DNA from: Callorhinchus milii
Taxonomy: Eukaryota
Length of the DNA: 64,000 nt
Reading direction: 5' to 3'
Assembly: GCF_018977255.1 (NCBI RefSeq)
Contig: NW_024704743.1
Location: 111,974,001-112,038,000 of the forward strand
The translations under genes were made by a program, and so were the position numbers. Under the pieces are notes generated by a model. The model did no database searches. It was not told the origin of the DNA and saw only the letters and a program-made list of their open reading frames with translations. Shown one piece after another: positions 38,322 through 50,398 of this stretch (positions are counted from its first letter, which is position 1; each line of letters begins with the position of its first letter).

Positions 38322-38625
38322 GGCTGTTGGTGTGTCAGTTCCCTTTAACTGTCTGCAGTAGGAGTTCGGTAGGATTGAGAGAGCAGATGGTGGGCTAAAT
38401 GCATGTTATCGTGGTGGTGAGAGAGGAGGGGGAGACAGGTTCAAAGATGTAGAGGGAGAGATGGGGATGGGTTGGCAGTTGGGAGGGCTGAGGTGGCTGA
38501 ACGGATCCCCTCGATTTTGGTCTCGAGGAAATCCAGCATCTCCTTGCAGTTGGAGTCGGAGGAGAGGATGGGTGAGGCATGAGAAGGTGGATGGAGGAAC
38601 CGGTTGGTAATGGATATGAGAAGCC
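38322..38625 (-). mobile_element. L2 internal ORF2 fragment
   Basis: LDFLETKIEGIRSA and FEPVSPSSL..ICSLNP..TELL across frameshifts, resembling the L2 pre-RT region. Confidence 0.7.
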
Positions 38626-39149
38626 CGGGGTATAGCGCCTTATCACATCATTGAGACATCCCAAAGCGCTTTGCAGAAAATATAGTAAAATAAATTGATT
38701 ATGTATTTTGTGGGCAATGATACCTTGTGGTACTTATTTCCTGATTTCAGGTCTCAGAAGAACGTTTACATCACTTATTTGATCCCCTGATCATGAATAA
38801 CAACAGGATTTCTTGCAGGGTATTTTTTTTCCAGGTGAAATCCATATGCAGATATGCTCGTGAAAAAGTTTCATCTTATAATTCTCTGCAATCAAAGGGA
38901 CACTCAAGGGCAATGACTGCCATTATGAAACAGTAGTGTTTTCTGATTACAAACTGGGCTTCTTACAAAAGTAGCTTTTCATCTTTTATATAGAGGCAAT
39001 CCAGATGCACTTGGTGGAAATTACATCAGTGGATAAAATGTGGACACGCTTTTAAAATGCACTTTACACAGTAAACTAGAGTGAATCTGGAGGAAGGAAG
39101 GGAGGGAGGATGGATGGGAGGTGGAAGAACGAACAAGTAAAAGGTAGTA

Positions 39150-39578
39150 AATAATAATAAAAAATAATCCTTGGATTTGATACAGGGCCTTTCACGTCAA
39201 AGGATGCCTCAGAGCACTTCACAGGATTCACTGTAAAGTGCAGTAATGTATTTTTGTAGGCGAAAGTGATAGCCAATTTGTGCACAGCAATGTCCCACAA
39301 ACAGCCATGAAATGAATGACCAATTTTAATTGTTGGCCATGACACCAGAAGAACTCCCATCTTTTTTCGACTTGTGCCGTGGGATCTTTAAAGTCCACTG
39401 GAGCAGACAGCTTTAACATCTTATCTGAAGGAACGGCACCTACAACAATGCCTCACCCTTGGTACTGCATTAGAGTGTTAGTCTAGAATGTACGGATTCC
39501 AATTAACGATACAGGTCCTAAAATGGGGCTTGAACCCACAGCTTTCTGACTCAGAGGCAAGAGTGCTGCCAACTGACA
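39150..39578 (-). mobile_element. Full-length DeuSINE-like SINE
   Basis: Tail, Deu domain and head (gggcttgaacccacagctttctgactcagaggc). Confidence 0.85.
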
Positions 39579-39784
39579 CACGATGGATGAGCGGTACATG
39601 TAGTGAGCGAGAGAAAATCTTAACAAAAATAAAATGCAACTTTATTTCTTCAACGTCCTCTCCCAAGTGATAAGCTATACTCTTGTTCCCTTAAAATATA
39701 ATATATTTGACAAATGAACTTCCGTCCCAGTTAGACAGGAACCCTATGTTCCACTAGAAAGGTTCAATAAAGAATATGAGGAGG

Positions 39785-39981
39785 AGCTTGTGCATTCTCT
39801 TTGACCGTGATTTCAGCTCCCCTCTCAACTCTCTACCCCCTCCTCGCTCCCTCCCTTCCCTCCCCTTACCCTGACCATTTCCCCCTTGCTCGGGTCCTGA
39901 CCCAACTGTACAGCGCCTTGGGACGTCCTCCCGACGTGAAAGGCGCTCAATAAATGGAATCTTGTTGTTGTTGTTGTTGTT
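39785..39981 (+). mobile_element. L2 3' end
   Basis: C-rich 3' UTR, cagcgccttgggacgtcctcccgacgtgaaaggcgc and (TTG)n. Confidence 0.85.
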
Positions 39982-40503
39982 TACCTACCAGCTGTTTGCT
40001 AAATACTTTCTCGTATAACAATGCATGGTGGGTATGACACCCGGTCAACATGTTTAATACAATTTCAGTGTAATGTTATGATGCAAAAAATATAAAATTA
40101 CATTTTGGAGGGGGAGGTTGCAGTCACATCGATACTCAGACAGTGCCAGGAATACACCTCCCAAATACAAACCAAGCACTTTAAGTAAGTATCCACAAAT
40201 AAGTCCTTTAATTGCTAATGATTTATTTGATGAGGGAACAATCATAATGAGTGTCTGTGTGCATGTTTGTGAATGTGGCTGTTACTGAGACTGATGTCAT
40301 CTGCACTCAGTGTGCATTAATAATAGCAGCTAAAATCTCTGGGTATCTGGTGGACTTAAGATAGCAAAATATGTGTTTGGCTACAACATTTCAAATGTCA
40401 GAAGCCTGTTTGGATAAAAAGTCAACATCCAATTTCAGAGATTGCTGGCTTCAGGTTCAGTTGTAATAAAACTTTCAAGGTTTTCCAATTTGTGTTGGCA
40501 GAT

Positions 40504-40651
40504 ACACCCCATCACATCCCTATCCCCACATACTCCATCACATACCTACCCCCACACACTCCATCGCATCCCTACCCCCACACACCCCATCACATCCTTA
40601 CCCCCACACACCCCATCACATTCCTACCCCCACACACCATCACATCCCTAC
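40504..40651. repeat. 26-bp minisatellite, ~5.7 units
   Basis: Unit acaccccatcacatccctacccccac starts at 40504, 40530, 40556, 40582, 40608 and 40634. Confidence 0.95.
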
Positions 40652-42339
40652 TTCCAAAACAACTTCAGCATAGACTGGCTCTAGACCATAAAGGTCTGTC
40701 CTTCTGTCAATCTGAACCGTGGTGTTTGGTGCAAGTGACACAAATGGTGAATAGCAGTCTACGCCTCTCAAGAGGCACATTACTAAAGTAAGAAAACAGT
40801 CCTAGTATCTAAAATTCTCATTAAACAAAGAGCGTGAACAGTAAGAAACGTTGGGGTCTCATAGTCAACGATTTCTATTGTGATTATTTAATTTTAATAA
40901 TAATAATAATCCTTAAATGTTGGTATAGAGTTAGTGTAATGACTGTAGGAGAGGTATATCATGCTTAACGGATATAGTCCCATATAATCCAATCTTGGGG
41001 TGGAATTTTTATAACATGTCAAGCCCTCCTTCGGCTTCCATATTCAGGAATATCATCGGACATCACCTAGGTTGGAAATAAATGACTATTTAAGCAAATA
41101 TTTTGACTAAAAGTGTCATTAAGGTACATTTTTCCCAATTTAAATTGCTGAAAGGAATACTGTCTAATAATTAGACTCAAGAGATACTCCAATTACTTAT
41201 ATACAGTACCATACAACTTCAAATGCCTTTATGAAGAATCAGATGAACAGTAAGCGTTTTACTGTATCAAATTTGTAGATGTATCTAATTTAGATTTCAG
41301 TCCAAATGTATGAAGACTACTGCAATGCAATATGACACATAAAACAGGTCAAGCTTTTAGACATCAGTAAACAGAATGAGTTCTTTGGCATTTCTACACA
41401 ATTCAGCGTATCTATTTATCGAACCAATTTTACAGGAGCTATGATTAAATAAAAGCAAACCCTCTCATCACGACATCCCAAACCAAACCTGGTCAAAGGG
41501 TTTAAAGTGGCTGAGGCTTCTAATAGAATAGCAGAGTGCACAGAAGTAAACAATGGCTCCGGTTTTACTGTATTTATAATTGGCATGAGATCTGTCCTTG
41601 AGATAAAAATCTGAGGCAGGAAAGACCCTGATGGCTTGATGCATCACTTACTGAGCTTAACACCAACTTACTGGAAGCTTTTAACCATCTGAAAAACAGA
41701 GGGCTCCCTCAGGCTTGGAACGAAAAGAGGGTAATTTGGAGAACAGCATCACACCAAACCCCACATCAATACGAACGTGTAAACAACAATAAACCCTGGA
41801 AATTAGCACCGGCAATTTGCAGAACCATCAGCATTTGAATGAACATGTATGGTTCTGCACTCGTGCTAACCTGACAACATTTCTCACCAATGCAAAACGG
41901 AAGAAATGAATTTCTGGAGGCTTATGAAAATTAAAATTAAGTCACTGAAAACGATTTAAATAAATGATAAACCCTCCCTCCACGGAACTAAAAAGAATTA
42001 CAACTAAGTGCTCGCATTGCTGTTTCAACAGTTCAGTAATATTTCATGTTAATTTCATAAGTGTCACATGAAGAGTATTACATTACCTGAAGAGTGCTGA
42101 ATGCAATTGATCCTCACTGCACTCTAAAAAAAAATGTTTCTCTCTGCTGATCGCAGGCTTGGTTGGATACAAGCAACTTTCAAACCACAAACTGTGCTGA
42201 GGTCTTTGGCATTGCTGCTCCTAGAAAGCTCAGGTTGTGCTTTGAAACACTGCAAAAATATTGATGACGGTTCCACATGCAATGCCTGGCCAGACGGATG
42301 CACTTTTCTGAAGATCTTTTGAAGTAGCTATTAGTGCAA

Positions 42340-44220
42340 ATCAAAGGTTGTGGTGCGTTCTTATCTTTCTCTTTGCCCTTCTAGAATATTCATAAATGAA
42401 TTGGAGGCTTGTAATTCATGTGGCAGAATAAAGCAGATGAGCCTTCAGCTGAGATAACTTCATCTTTTTGTTATATTTTCTATCAATATCATTCATAATT
42501 AATGAATTGCAGGATCATTGCTGGTTGAATTAAGTTTTGTTCCTAGCTGTTAATCGATATTGTTGCCATGTATGTTACATTATTGACAACATCTGTCCAC
42601 ATTTACTCCTATAATTAAGTTACAGTTTTAAAATCTAACTTTTCTCGAGTGTTTGAAATGAATGTGTGGCGTTCTTAATTTCAGCTGCTGTTTCATCTTC
42701 CTCAGTAGGTGCCTATTTTATTGTTAAAGGTCACACTCATTTGTCTGCAGCAACAAAGGCAGCCTTAAAGTTGGCTGTGGTTTTGACAGACAGTGGTCCC
42801 TATAAGTGATGGCCTTAAGGACAGGCCTGGCACTGGGAGACAGTCACCACAGCAAGGGAAATAACAGATAACAAATCATGCCACTATTTTTCCTCCTGGC
42901 GTGATTGACGACAACACAGCGGGTGTAACTTTTCAACATCCTCAGATTAAAAACGCTCAAACAAATGAGTTCTGAAAATACGAGTCAGGGTGTCAAAACT
43001 GAGCTGCTGGAACCCCCCCCGAAAAAATGGTTTTTGGAAGACGGAATTATAGTTTTAACAAAAAACTAAAAAAAATTGACATTTGATTACTGAGCGGAAT
43101 GTTCCAATCTTAATCGTGATTTATCTATTGCAACTGCTTAGAGCTATGAATAAAAGTGACATGGCTGTAATAAATCCATAGCTTCCATAATATTTACTTA
43201 TAGTGAAATATACATTTTCGAGTACTGAAAAAATTCTCAGCCTTTTAATTCAATTTTTGAAATAGAAAAAAAAGGAAGGCAAGTTTTTTTTTCAGGTACC
43301 TATATGTTAACACACACCATGTTTTCTAACTACTGCACCTTATTGCATTAAACTGTACGATGACGGAGCTTAAGTTAACACTTGTTTTAAGTTAAATGAT
43401 GTATTTGTCCAGCACTGGAACCGACGCAGCAGAACTAAAATAAATACTTGACTGACTTTCAACGATATGGCATCCAGTAAAAAAAAATGATGTGTGAAAA
43501 TGAATAATTTACAAAAATATTTATTTAAACAGATGTGACTTACATTGTATTTACTAACTGTCAAGCAGTCGGAATATTTAATCAACAGCGCGATAAAATA
43601 TTTATTTGAAAAATCATTCTATAAAAGCCTCAGAACTCCATTCACCACGCTGGCAAGTAAAACAAATCATTCATCAAACAGGAGTCGTTACATCTGTCTG
43701 GTTACTTTGGTTACACAGTACGCAAACTTCAAGTTCAGTTTGATAAGTGAATGCCGCAGAGCTCAGTCACCGTGGCACACTAAAACACAGGACGTTACTG
43801 AGACCAATTTTAGAATTAAAAACTAATACACACAATACGAGGGATCTTCTAAACATGCACAAAGAGGAGCAGAGGTTGTGAGCTGCAATATGGGCCAGTG
43901 GTTTGATCAATGCACCGATGATTCGTCTGCAGGATTTGCCATGTATCTGCTTCGCCCACAACAGTATTTCTCTAATACTGATTTGTTGACCTGTGATTAA
44001 ACGTTCCAATAAACCTAACTGGCTGTTCTACAGACAGAACATCTGGAGCTGTGTATAATTTCATGTCAAGAGTTAGACAGGAAACACCTGCCTAGGTGAA
44101 GTAATTAAAAAAAAGAGACATTAATCCATGTGTTAGGGAAATGAATGTCACAGTCAGCACATTGAGAGTAATGTCAACAAACACAGGTCAAAATTCATCT
44201 GCATCTTAAATCTCCTAGAA
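42340..44220. promoter_or_regulatory. Repeat-free block with CNE-like segments
   Basis: No recognisable TE; dense TAAT/TGACA motifs. Confidence 0.35.
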
Positions 44221-44299
44221 TTAACAACAAAATTAATTTGTCCGAATGTTATCATATCACTCTCATTTCAGATCTGATGAGAGAGATATACAATTTACA

Positions 44300-44510
44300 A
44301 AGCAATTTACAATTACACAGCTCTTTTCATATCAGGGTGAAACGCCTCAAAGTGCTAACCCTGCTGTCTGGGCACCTGAGCTGGTGGTGGGAGCCAAAGT
44401 GGAATGTGAATGGGAACGATGACTGTAAGCCCTGTCTAAGAGGAACGTCTTGAGAAGGATCTTTAATGAGGTGATGGAGGGAGGGAGTCGGAGGGACTCT
44501 GGGATATCCG
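44300..44510 (-). mobile_element. L2 3' end, degraded
   Basis: tttacaattacacagctcttttcatatcaggg..gtcttgagaagg..ggagggagtcgg resembles 35773. Confidence 0.55.
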
Positions 44511-44879
44511 TTGTGATGGGGTCATTCTGAGCAAAACTATTCTTGTTCCAAAACCTGCAAAATGCCGAGGCAAGAGTTCAGGGTTAGATGTTTCTAAATG
44601 CTATCACTGTAACGCATTTCAAGCTGCTCTTTATCTGACTCTGTCTCCTTCATTTGCTCAGAAGATTCAGGGATAATTTTAGAATGTTTCTGTCCATCAA
44701 AGCACATTCAATTACTTTAGAAAGAATTTCTTACTGCGTTACTGTTTAAAAAAAGGATAAATGACCATAGGTATTAAGTTAATTTGTAATCACCTTTAAG
44801 AGAAGATCTGTTGTGCACATATTAAGTTCAATTCACAAGTTGGTACAAATTCCAACTGTATCTTGAGTTATTCTGTCAA

Positions 44880-45000
44880 CATTGGTTTCACCCACAAAAA
44901 TCTACAGTCAATTCACTTTACAGTATAGTCTGTGAAGCGTTTTGAGACGTCTCGAAAATATGATAAGGCACTATATAAAATGCAAGGATTATTATTATTA
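44880..45000 (+). mobile_element. SINE 3' fragment
   Basis: cagtcaattcactttacag..gaagcgttttgagacgtc..(tta)n. Confidence 0.8.
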
Positions 45001-45110
45001 CTATTTCAGAATGTCCAGAATTTGCTAAATTCTTATATAGAATCTTTAATTTTGAAATCAGTTGTTCTGTAAATTTATTTTAAGAAATAATTCAACAATT
45101 TACCAAACAA

Positions 45111-45175
45111 ATTCTGCGTGCTCTTAAAATGTTACGTGAATAGAGTAAATCTAGATCCAGGTGGAATTTTACCCC
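45111..45175. mobile_element. MITE-like terminus related to 5394
   Basis: Reverse-complement similarity over ~65 bp. Confidence 0.5.
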
Positions 45176-46319
45176 ACAAACACATGTTGCGGATACGATC
45201 TGGTAACAATTAGAGATATTGTGATACAGCAATAAAGTGCGATATTGTAAAACACGTGATAAACGAACAGTTGTTTTCTCCCCCAAACTACATACTGTAA
45301 ACCATGACCAACTGTAACAGGTTAACAAAGTAATTACGATCACACCCAGGCTTTCACCTGCACCTTTGAAGTCTGCTTGTTGACCTTGAACCATTTGCTG
45401 CCATTATTTTCTGGGGATTGTAATCTTGTGAGTAACATTATTGCCGCTGTCATACATAACATCTAGTGCAATGCAGACACTGTCAAAAGGCATCATCAAG
45501 GGGGAATATGTTTTATTGCAACATATTTTCACCATGTGTGTATTTTCTTTGCGGTAACTTCAGTTTGAGCATAATGCAGGAGTAATAGCTTTAGTTGCGC
45601 ACAATATCTGAATGTTATAAAGGATGCTGATTGCACGCTTGGTTTTGTTTCTCAGTCCGTCCTATATGCCAGGTTTAAGAAACATTGTTTAGAATCAGCC
45701 TGGGATCAGTCATCACCTTGTGGCGTTAACCAATGAGTTAGGAAGAGTTTTTGCTTGCACAGTCACTACAGTTTACAGTGATGTGCTTTGAGACATCTTC
45801 TGACATGAAAGGCGCCATATCAAATATAAGAATTATCAATATCACAAATAGGAAGTTAGGAACATAGGAAGACAAAGATTGGTTTGAAAAAAGAAGGTCT
45901 CAAAGTAAAATTAAATATCGTCTTACTCTCTTTAAGAGAGAAAATAATAGTATGACTAAATAAAATTTTGTTAAATTATTCAATTAAATTCTTCACCAAA
46001 TAGCATTCACAAAACACAGCCACTCCATTTAACACCTTTCACTTCAGGATGAGTCCAAAGCGCTTCCCTTGAAGGGCTTTGGGCTGTCCTCCCGACGTGA
46101 AAGGTGCAATACCAGATGTAAGGATTGACTGATATAATCTGCTTTCGTTGGCTCCCTGACTAGTGTATTCTATATATTCCTTGTGTTAAAATAACTATGA
46201 CCTTTCCTTCCTTCCTCTGAGTTTTGGCCCATTTCCCACTGTAGTAGGTTTTATTTTGACCAAGTTGAATATATTATTAGCGTTTGTTCATCTATATTCA
46301 TCAGTGAGATCTGAGCAAT

Positions 46320-46500
46320 TATTAGACAAGCTAGGGCTCTTCAGTCCTGAAAGCAGATGCCTCAGAGGGGAGTGGGGGGCCGGGGGCTTTACAGAGGTGT
46401 TTAAATGGGATTGAGAAGTTAAAGCCATGTTTGGAGAACCAAACATCTCTTCCTAGTAACTCGAGCAAAAATATACAATAACAGGTAACAAGGGGATGAC
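46320..46500 (+). mobile_element. CR1 fragment
   Basis: LDKLGLFSPESRCLRG remnant. Confidence 0.5.
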
Positions 46501-46737
46501 TGAGAAACACCAGTTAGTGTACATATCGCTTGAGAATATTATGATTTATGTACAATTTGACACCACATATTCCCTTTTAATAGTTTCAGAGTCAGAGTAC
46601 TAAACATTTTTAAACCTTGCTTCATATTTGTCCTGTTTTCTCTCCTGCACCAAATGGAGAATCAAAATTGAAACATGTGATGTTATTAAAGCTGGTGGGT
46701 ATCACATTGACGAAAAATACAGCCAAAATTCCAAGCA

Positions 46738-46990
46738 ATTACATTGAACTTTATAGTACGGAAAGAGGCCATTTGGCTCAATCATACTCCGGTGTTTATA
46801 CTCCACGTGAGTCTCCAATCTCCTCTTCTATACACTTTTATTCCCTCCTTCCTCAAGTGTGCATCCAGTTTCCTCTTAAATATGTTGTTGCTTTCTCCTT
46901 GCTCAAACAGCAAGTGTACATTCTCACCATCCACTGCGTAAACAAGTTCCCTCTAAACTCCTTTTTAGATGTGCTACTGGCTATCTGGCT
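46738..46990 (-). mobile_element. CR1 3' end
   Basis: Aligns with 59340-59640; reads EFRGNLFTQWMVRM. Confidence 0.75.
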
Positions 46991-47185
46991 ATCATAATTT
47001 TGTTCCAAGGAGTCAATAGTTATCACTGGCCGCAGATGGTGATGGTGTGGAGGGGGGAGAAGTTACTTGTTGGGACCAGTTCTAACCATTAATTGCTTTT
47101 GATCACATTTTTGGTTAATGTAATAATTGTCACTGATGATAATACCCTAGCCCACAATTCTGAGCCCTATACTCAGAAGTATAGT

Positions 47186-47509
47186 GGAGTCCTGTAGCTC
47201 AGTGGTTAGAGCACTCGCTTTGCAAGCGAGAGACCTGAGTTCAATTCCAGGCAGGGCGAAACCTTGGGCAAGTTTCCTTACTCCACACGCCTAATAATAA
47301 TCCCTCCAAAAAACCAAAAACAATAATTAAATTGGCCATTTTCAATCTACGACTGTTTGTGGGACATTGCTGTGCGCAATTGGCTGCCGCGTTCGCCCAC
47401 AAATATACAGTCAATTCACTTTACAGTGTGTTCTGTGAAGCGCTTTGGGACGTCCTCCCGACGTGAAAAGCGCTATATCAAATGCAAGGATTATTATTAT
47501 TATTATTAT
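47186..47509 (+). mobile_element. Young full-length tRNA-Ala(TGC)-derived SINE
   Basis: A box tagctcagtgg, anticodon arm ctcgc-tttgcaa-gcgag, B box gttcaattcc, ccttgggcaag motif, Deu/L2-type 3' end and (TTA)n. Confidence 0.95.
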
Positions 47510-48364
47510 ACCAGCGATCGGTGCCCATATTCAAAACAGTCGCAGAAAAGCACCAGAAAATGGTGGTGAAGATCTCTGAGAATAAGAATGCCAATAATCA
47601 ACAGTAATGCGTACCCAGTCAGCATTATGATTAATGCACAGTTTGACCCCATATGGTTTCCTCCAATGGTTTCAAATGAATGGTATTCAATGGTTTTGTA
47701 CTTTATTTCATATGAATCCAGGGTCCCTCAGAATAAAAGTTCCAAATGAAGCTGCTGCTTTTTCAGATATTCCCAGGGGATACAATGCATGAGTACTCAA
47801 CTGTTGACTAGGAATCTCTGGTTCAGACCCAACCTTGCACTGTTGTGTTCATCCAAGCTTCCCACAGAGGATGAGATTCACCAGCCTGAGATGTGTCACT
47901 GTCTGTGGGAGGAGGGGAATACTCCCTTGTGGCAATGTCCCTCAAGCAAGGCTCCTGGCAAGTCATCTTGGGAACAGTGGTGACACTCACTGTCGAAAGG
48001 TTCAAGGCTTGACTTGCTATGTCCACTTGATATTTGAAGACACCATGGATTTGGGGAGGGAGAGAAAGCCGGACGTATGATGGATCGGGAAACAAAAATC
48101 TGCACGTGCATTATTTAATATTCCATTTAGCTCTGTACACATTAAGAAGACCTAGGGAATTAAGAATGCCAAACATTTTGGCAACAAATTGCTTCCAGCT
48201 GAATATTTTTTGAAATGGTATAAATTCAGTGCAAACACTAAAATCGCCACTGGTGACAAAACATGAGTGTAAGCAACATAGTTCATTTCAACTATTTTTA
48301 ACGCAAAATTAAACATAGGGAGAGAATTTCCACCCAGGTCCATTTTTATTTTTAAATAATGTAG

Positions 48365-48660
48365 ACTGACACTCCAATACAATGCTTGGGTCCATTGTTG
48401 GAGGTACTGTCCTTTGGATGAGATGTGGAGATTAAGCATCCCATGGCATGATTCAAAAAGAGAATGGAATTTCTCGTGATGTCCTGGTCAACAATCCCCC
48501 AAGTAAAATGAATTATACACTCTATGACTGTTTCTGAGACATTGCTGTGCACATTTGGCTGCCAAATTTGCCTACAAAATACACAGTCACTAAACAGTGA
48601 ATCCCATTAAGAGATTTCAGATGTCCTTATACATGAAAGACGCTATATCAAATGTCAAAA
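48365..48660 (+). mobile_element. DeuSINE-like, 5'-truncated
   Basis: ctgacactccaatacaatg..ggatgagatg..cccatggca..tail. Confidence 0.75.
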
Positions 48661-48979
48661 TCATTCTTTCTCTTACTGAAATGAAACCTCTCTGAAAAAG
48701 CAGTTTAACTTGTGCAGAACAAGTCGTAAATTTGAGCTTGTGAAATTTGTGAAATTAACAAATAACCATATCATGCTGTTTACAAATACCTCTTTTTAAA
48801 GAAAAAACTGTCTAGAAAAACAAACATTTAACAAATAGGTCAAAAGCCTGAAAACATTATAGGTGTTATGTTACTGAATACAGCACTGTTGCTGAACACA
48901 AGTGCACAAAGAGTTAAAAAGGTCTATTGCAATTGTTAGCCCTGTGACGTAGAACATAATAGTATAAAGAGTCTGGAGT

Positions 48980-50270
48980 GGTTGTTATACATTTTGACAA
49001 AGGCTTCAACATTGCCCGTGAAATAGTTTTTCTTCAATTGAAAGCATTGCTGCTTTTGAAGCAGAAAACCCAAACACTTGTTTGTCAGAAGTTACCATTT
49101 CATGGCACGATGGCCACTAAAGTTTTACCTGTAAGATCAATTTGACAGACAAATGCAATCAGGAGTGGGTGAATGTTGGCCCAGCTTCCGACTGGTTCCT
49201 CCTGGCTGCTGTTTATGAAGTCTTTATGTCTATGAGGTACAACCCTCTCAGTCAGTCGAAAGTGTTTTTTTGCACCAATACTTAGCACCAAAGCTGGGCT
49301 GTTGCTCTTTTGGCCTCTCTCATAATTGCTGCACAATCCGAACAAAAGCAGCTTCACTCCACCCTCCTGACCAAACGTGTCCGTTCTCTAATCCACGTCT
49401 GATTTAAGTCATTAGAGTGCAATCAAATCTTCATTTTATGCACAAAATCATATCAAACAATACAAATGACATTACTCCTAAAGCTGTGATACATCACTAA
49501 ACGCGGAGTGGTGGAGCCTGGGGTAAGACGGACTGGCATGTTAGACGAACCACTTCAATTTCCCATCAATCAAATTACAGTTTATTGTTCAGCTCAGCCA
49601 CCTCAGGCAACACAAATCTAGAAACTGTCATTCACAAAACATTATATTTTTGCTGTCATATTATGCCCGAGACACAGTCATATAAAGAATGTCACACTGT
49701 GACTGACTTCTACATCCCTTAGTTTAACAAAAGCTAACTCTACAACATTGAGACGAGTTTATAACATTATTATTAAGCCGCACTAAGTAAATCTGATGTT
49801 TCCTAGACAAAGATATTTTTTATATATAATTTTATTTGCTACAGGAAGTTGTTTAAAGCAATGTTTCCATGGATCCACACGGAACGTGTATTATATTATT
49901 TAATGAAATAACTGGGAAATGTATTTGGAACGGCACATTGGCTAATGTTGTTCTTGTGAGGGGGAGGGAGGGAAATAAATAAATCATTGCTTGACATCTG
50001 GCCTGCTTTTCTATGCTTCCAGTGAGCACATAACATACCCGTAGAGGCATCATAATGGGAACACCCATGTGTCAACTAAGATCATCCCTTCCTCTAATTC
50101 TTTCTATTAAGCAAGTAGCGAGAGATCAGTATATGGATGGAATGACTTGCCACTTCTCCTTTAAGCGAGTGGTCCCCAATGTCGGATGTCTCACAGTCCA
50201 GGAGAAACTTTGCCAATCGACCACATTGTTAATTACATTAAATTAGGCAATAAAGGGCTTAAAAAGCTAG
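48980..50270. promoter_or_regulatory. Candidate enhancer/CNE block
   Basis: TGATTGATGG (minus strand, 49563-49572); TGACAG/CTGTCA at 49143, 49625 and 49653; TE-free. Confidence 0.45.
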
Positions 50271-50398
50271 ATATTTTGAACATGTAAAATTATGATACTT
50301 AGGACATTTCAATCATTTTTGTCTATTCTCTTTTCTACAGCAATGACTATGGGAGGATATATTGTACTTATATTGTTTCCCTAAAACCCATCTTGCTG

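Noticed and set aside
40442..40791. Pro/His/Thr-rich protein ORFs
   Set aside because: They are translations of the 26-bp minisatellite.
47186..47260. tRNA-Ala(TGC) gene (also at ~27895-27968 and ~61720-61793)
   Set aside because: The T-arm is out of register, and the sequence runs straight into an identical SINE body and (TTA)n tail in all three copies. It is a SINE head.
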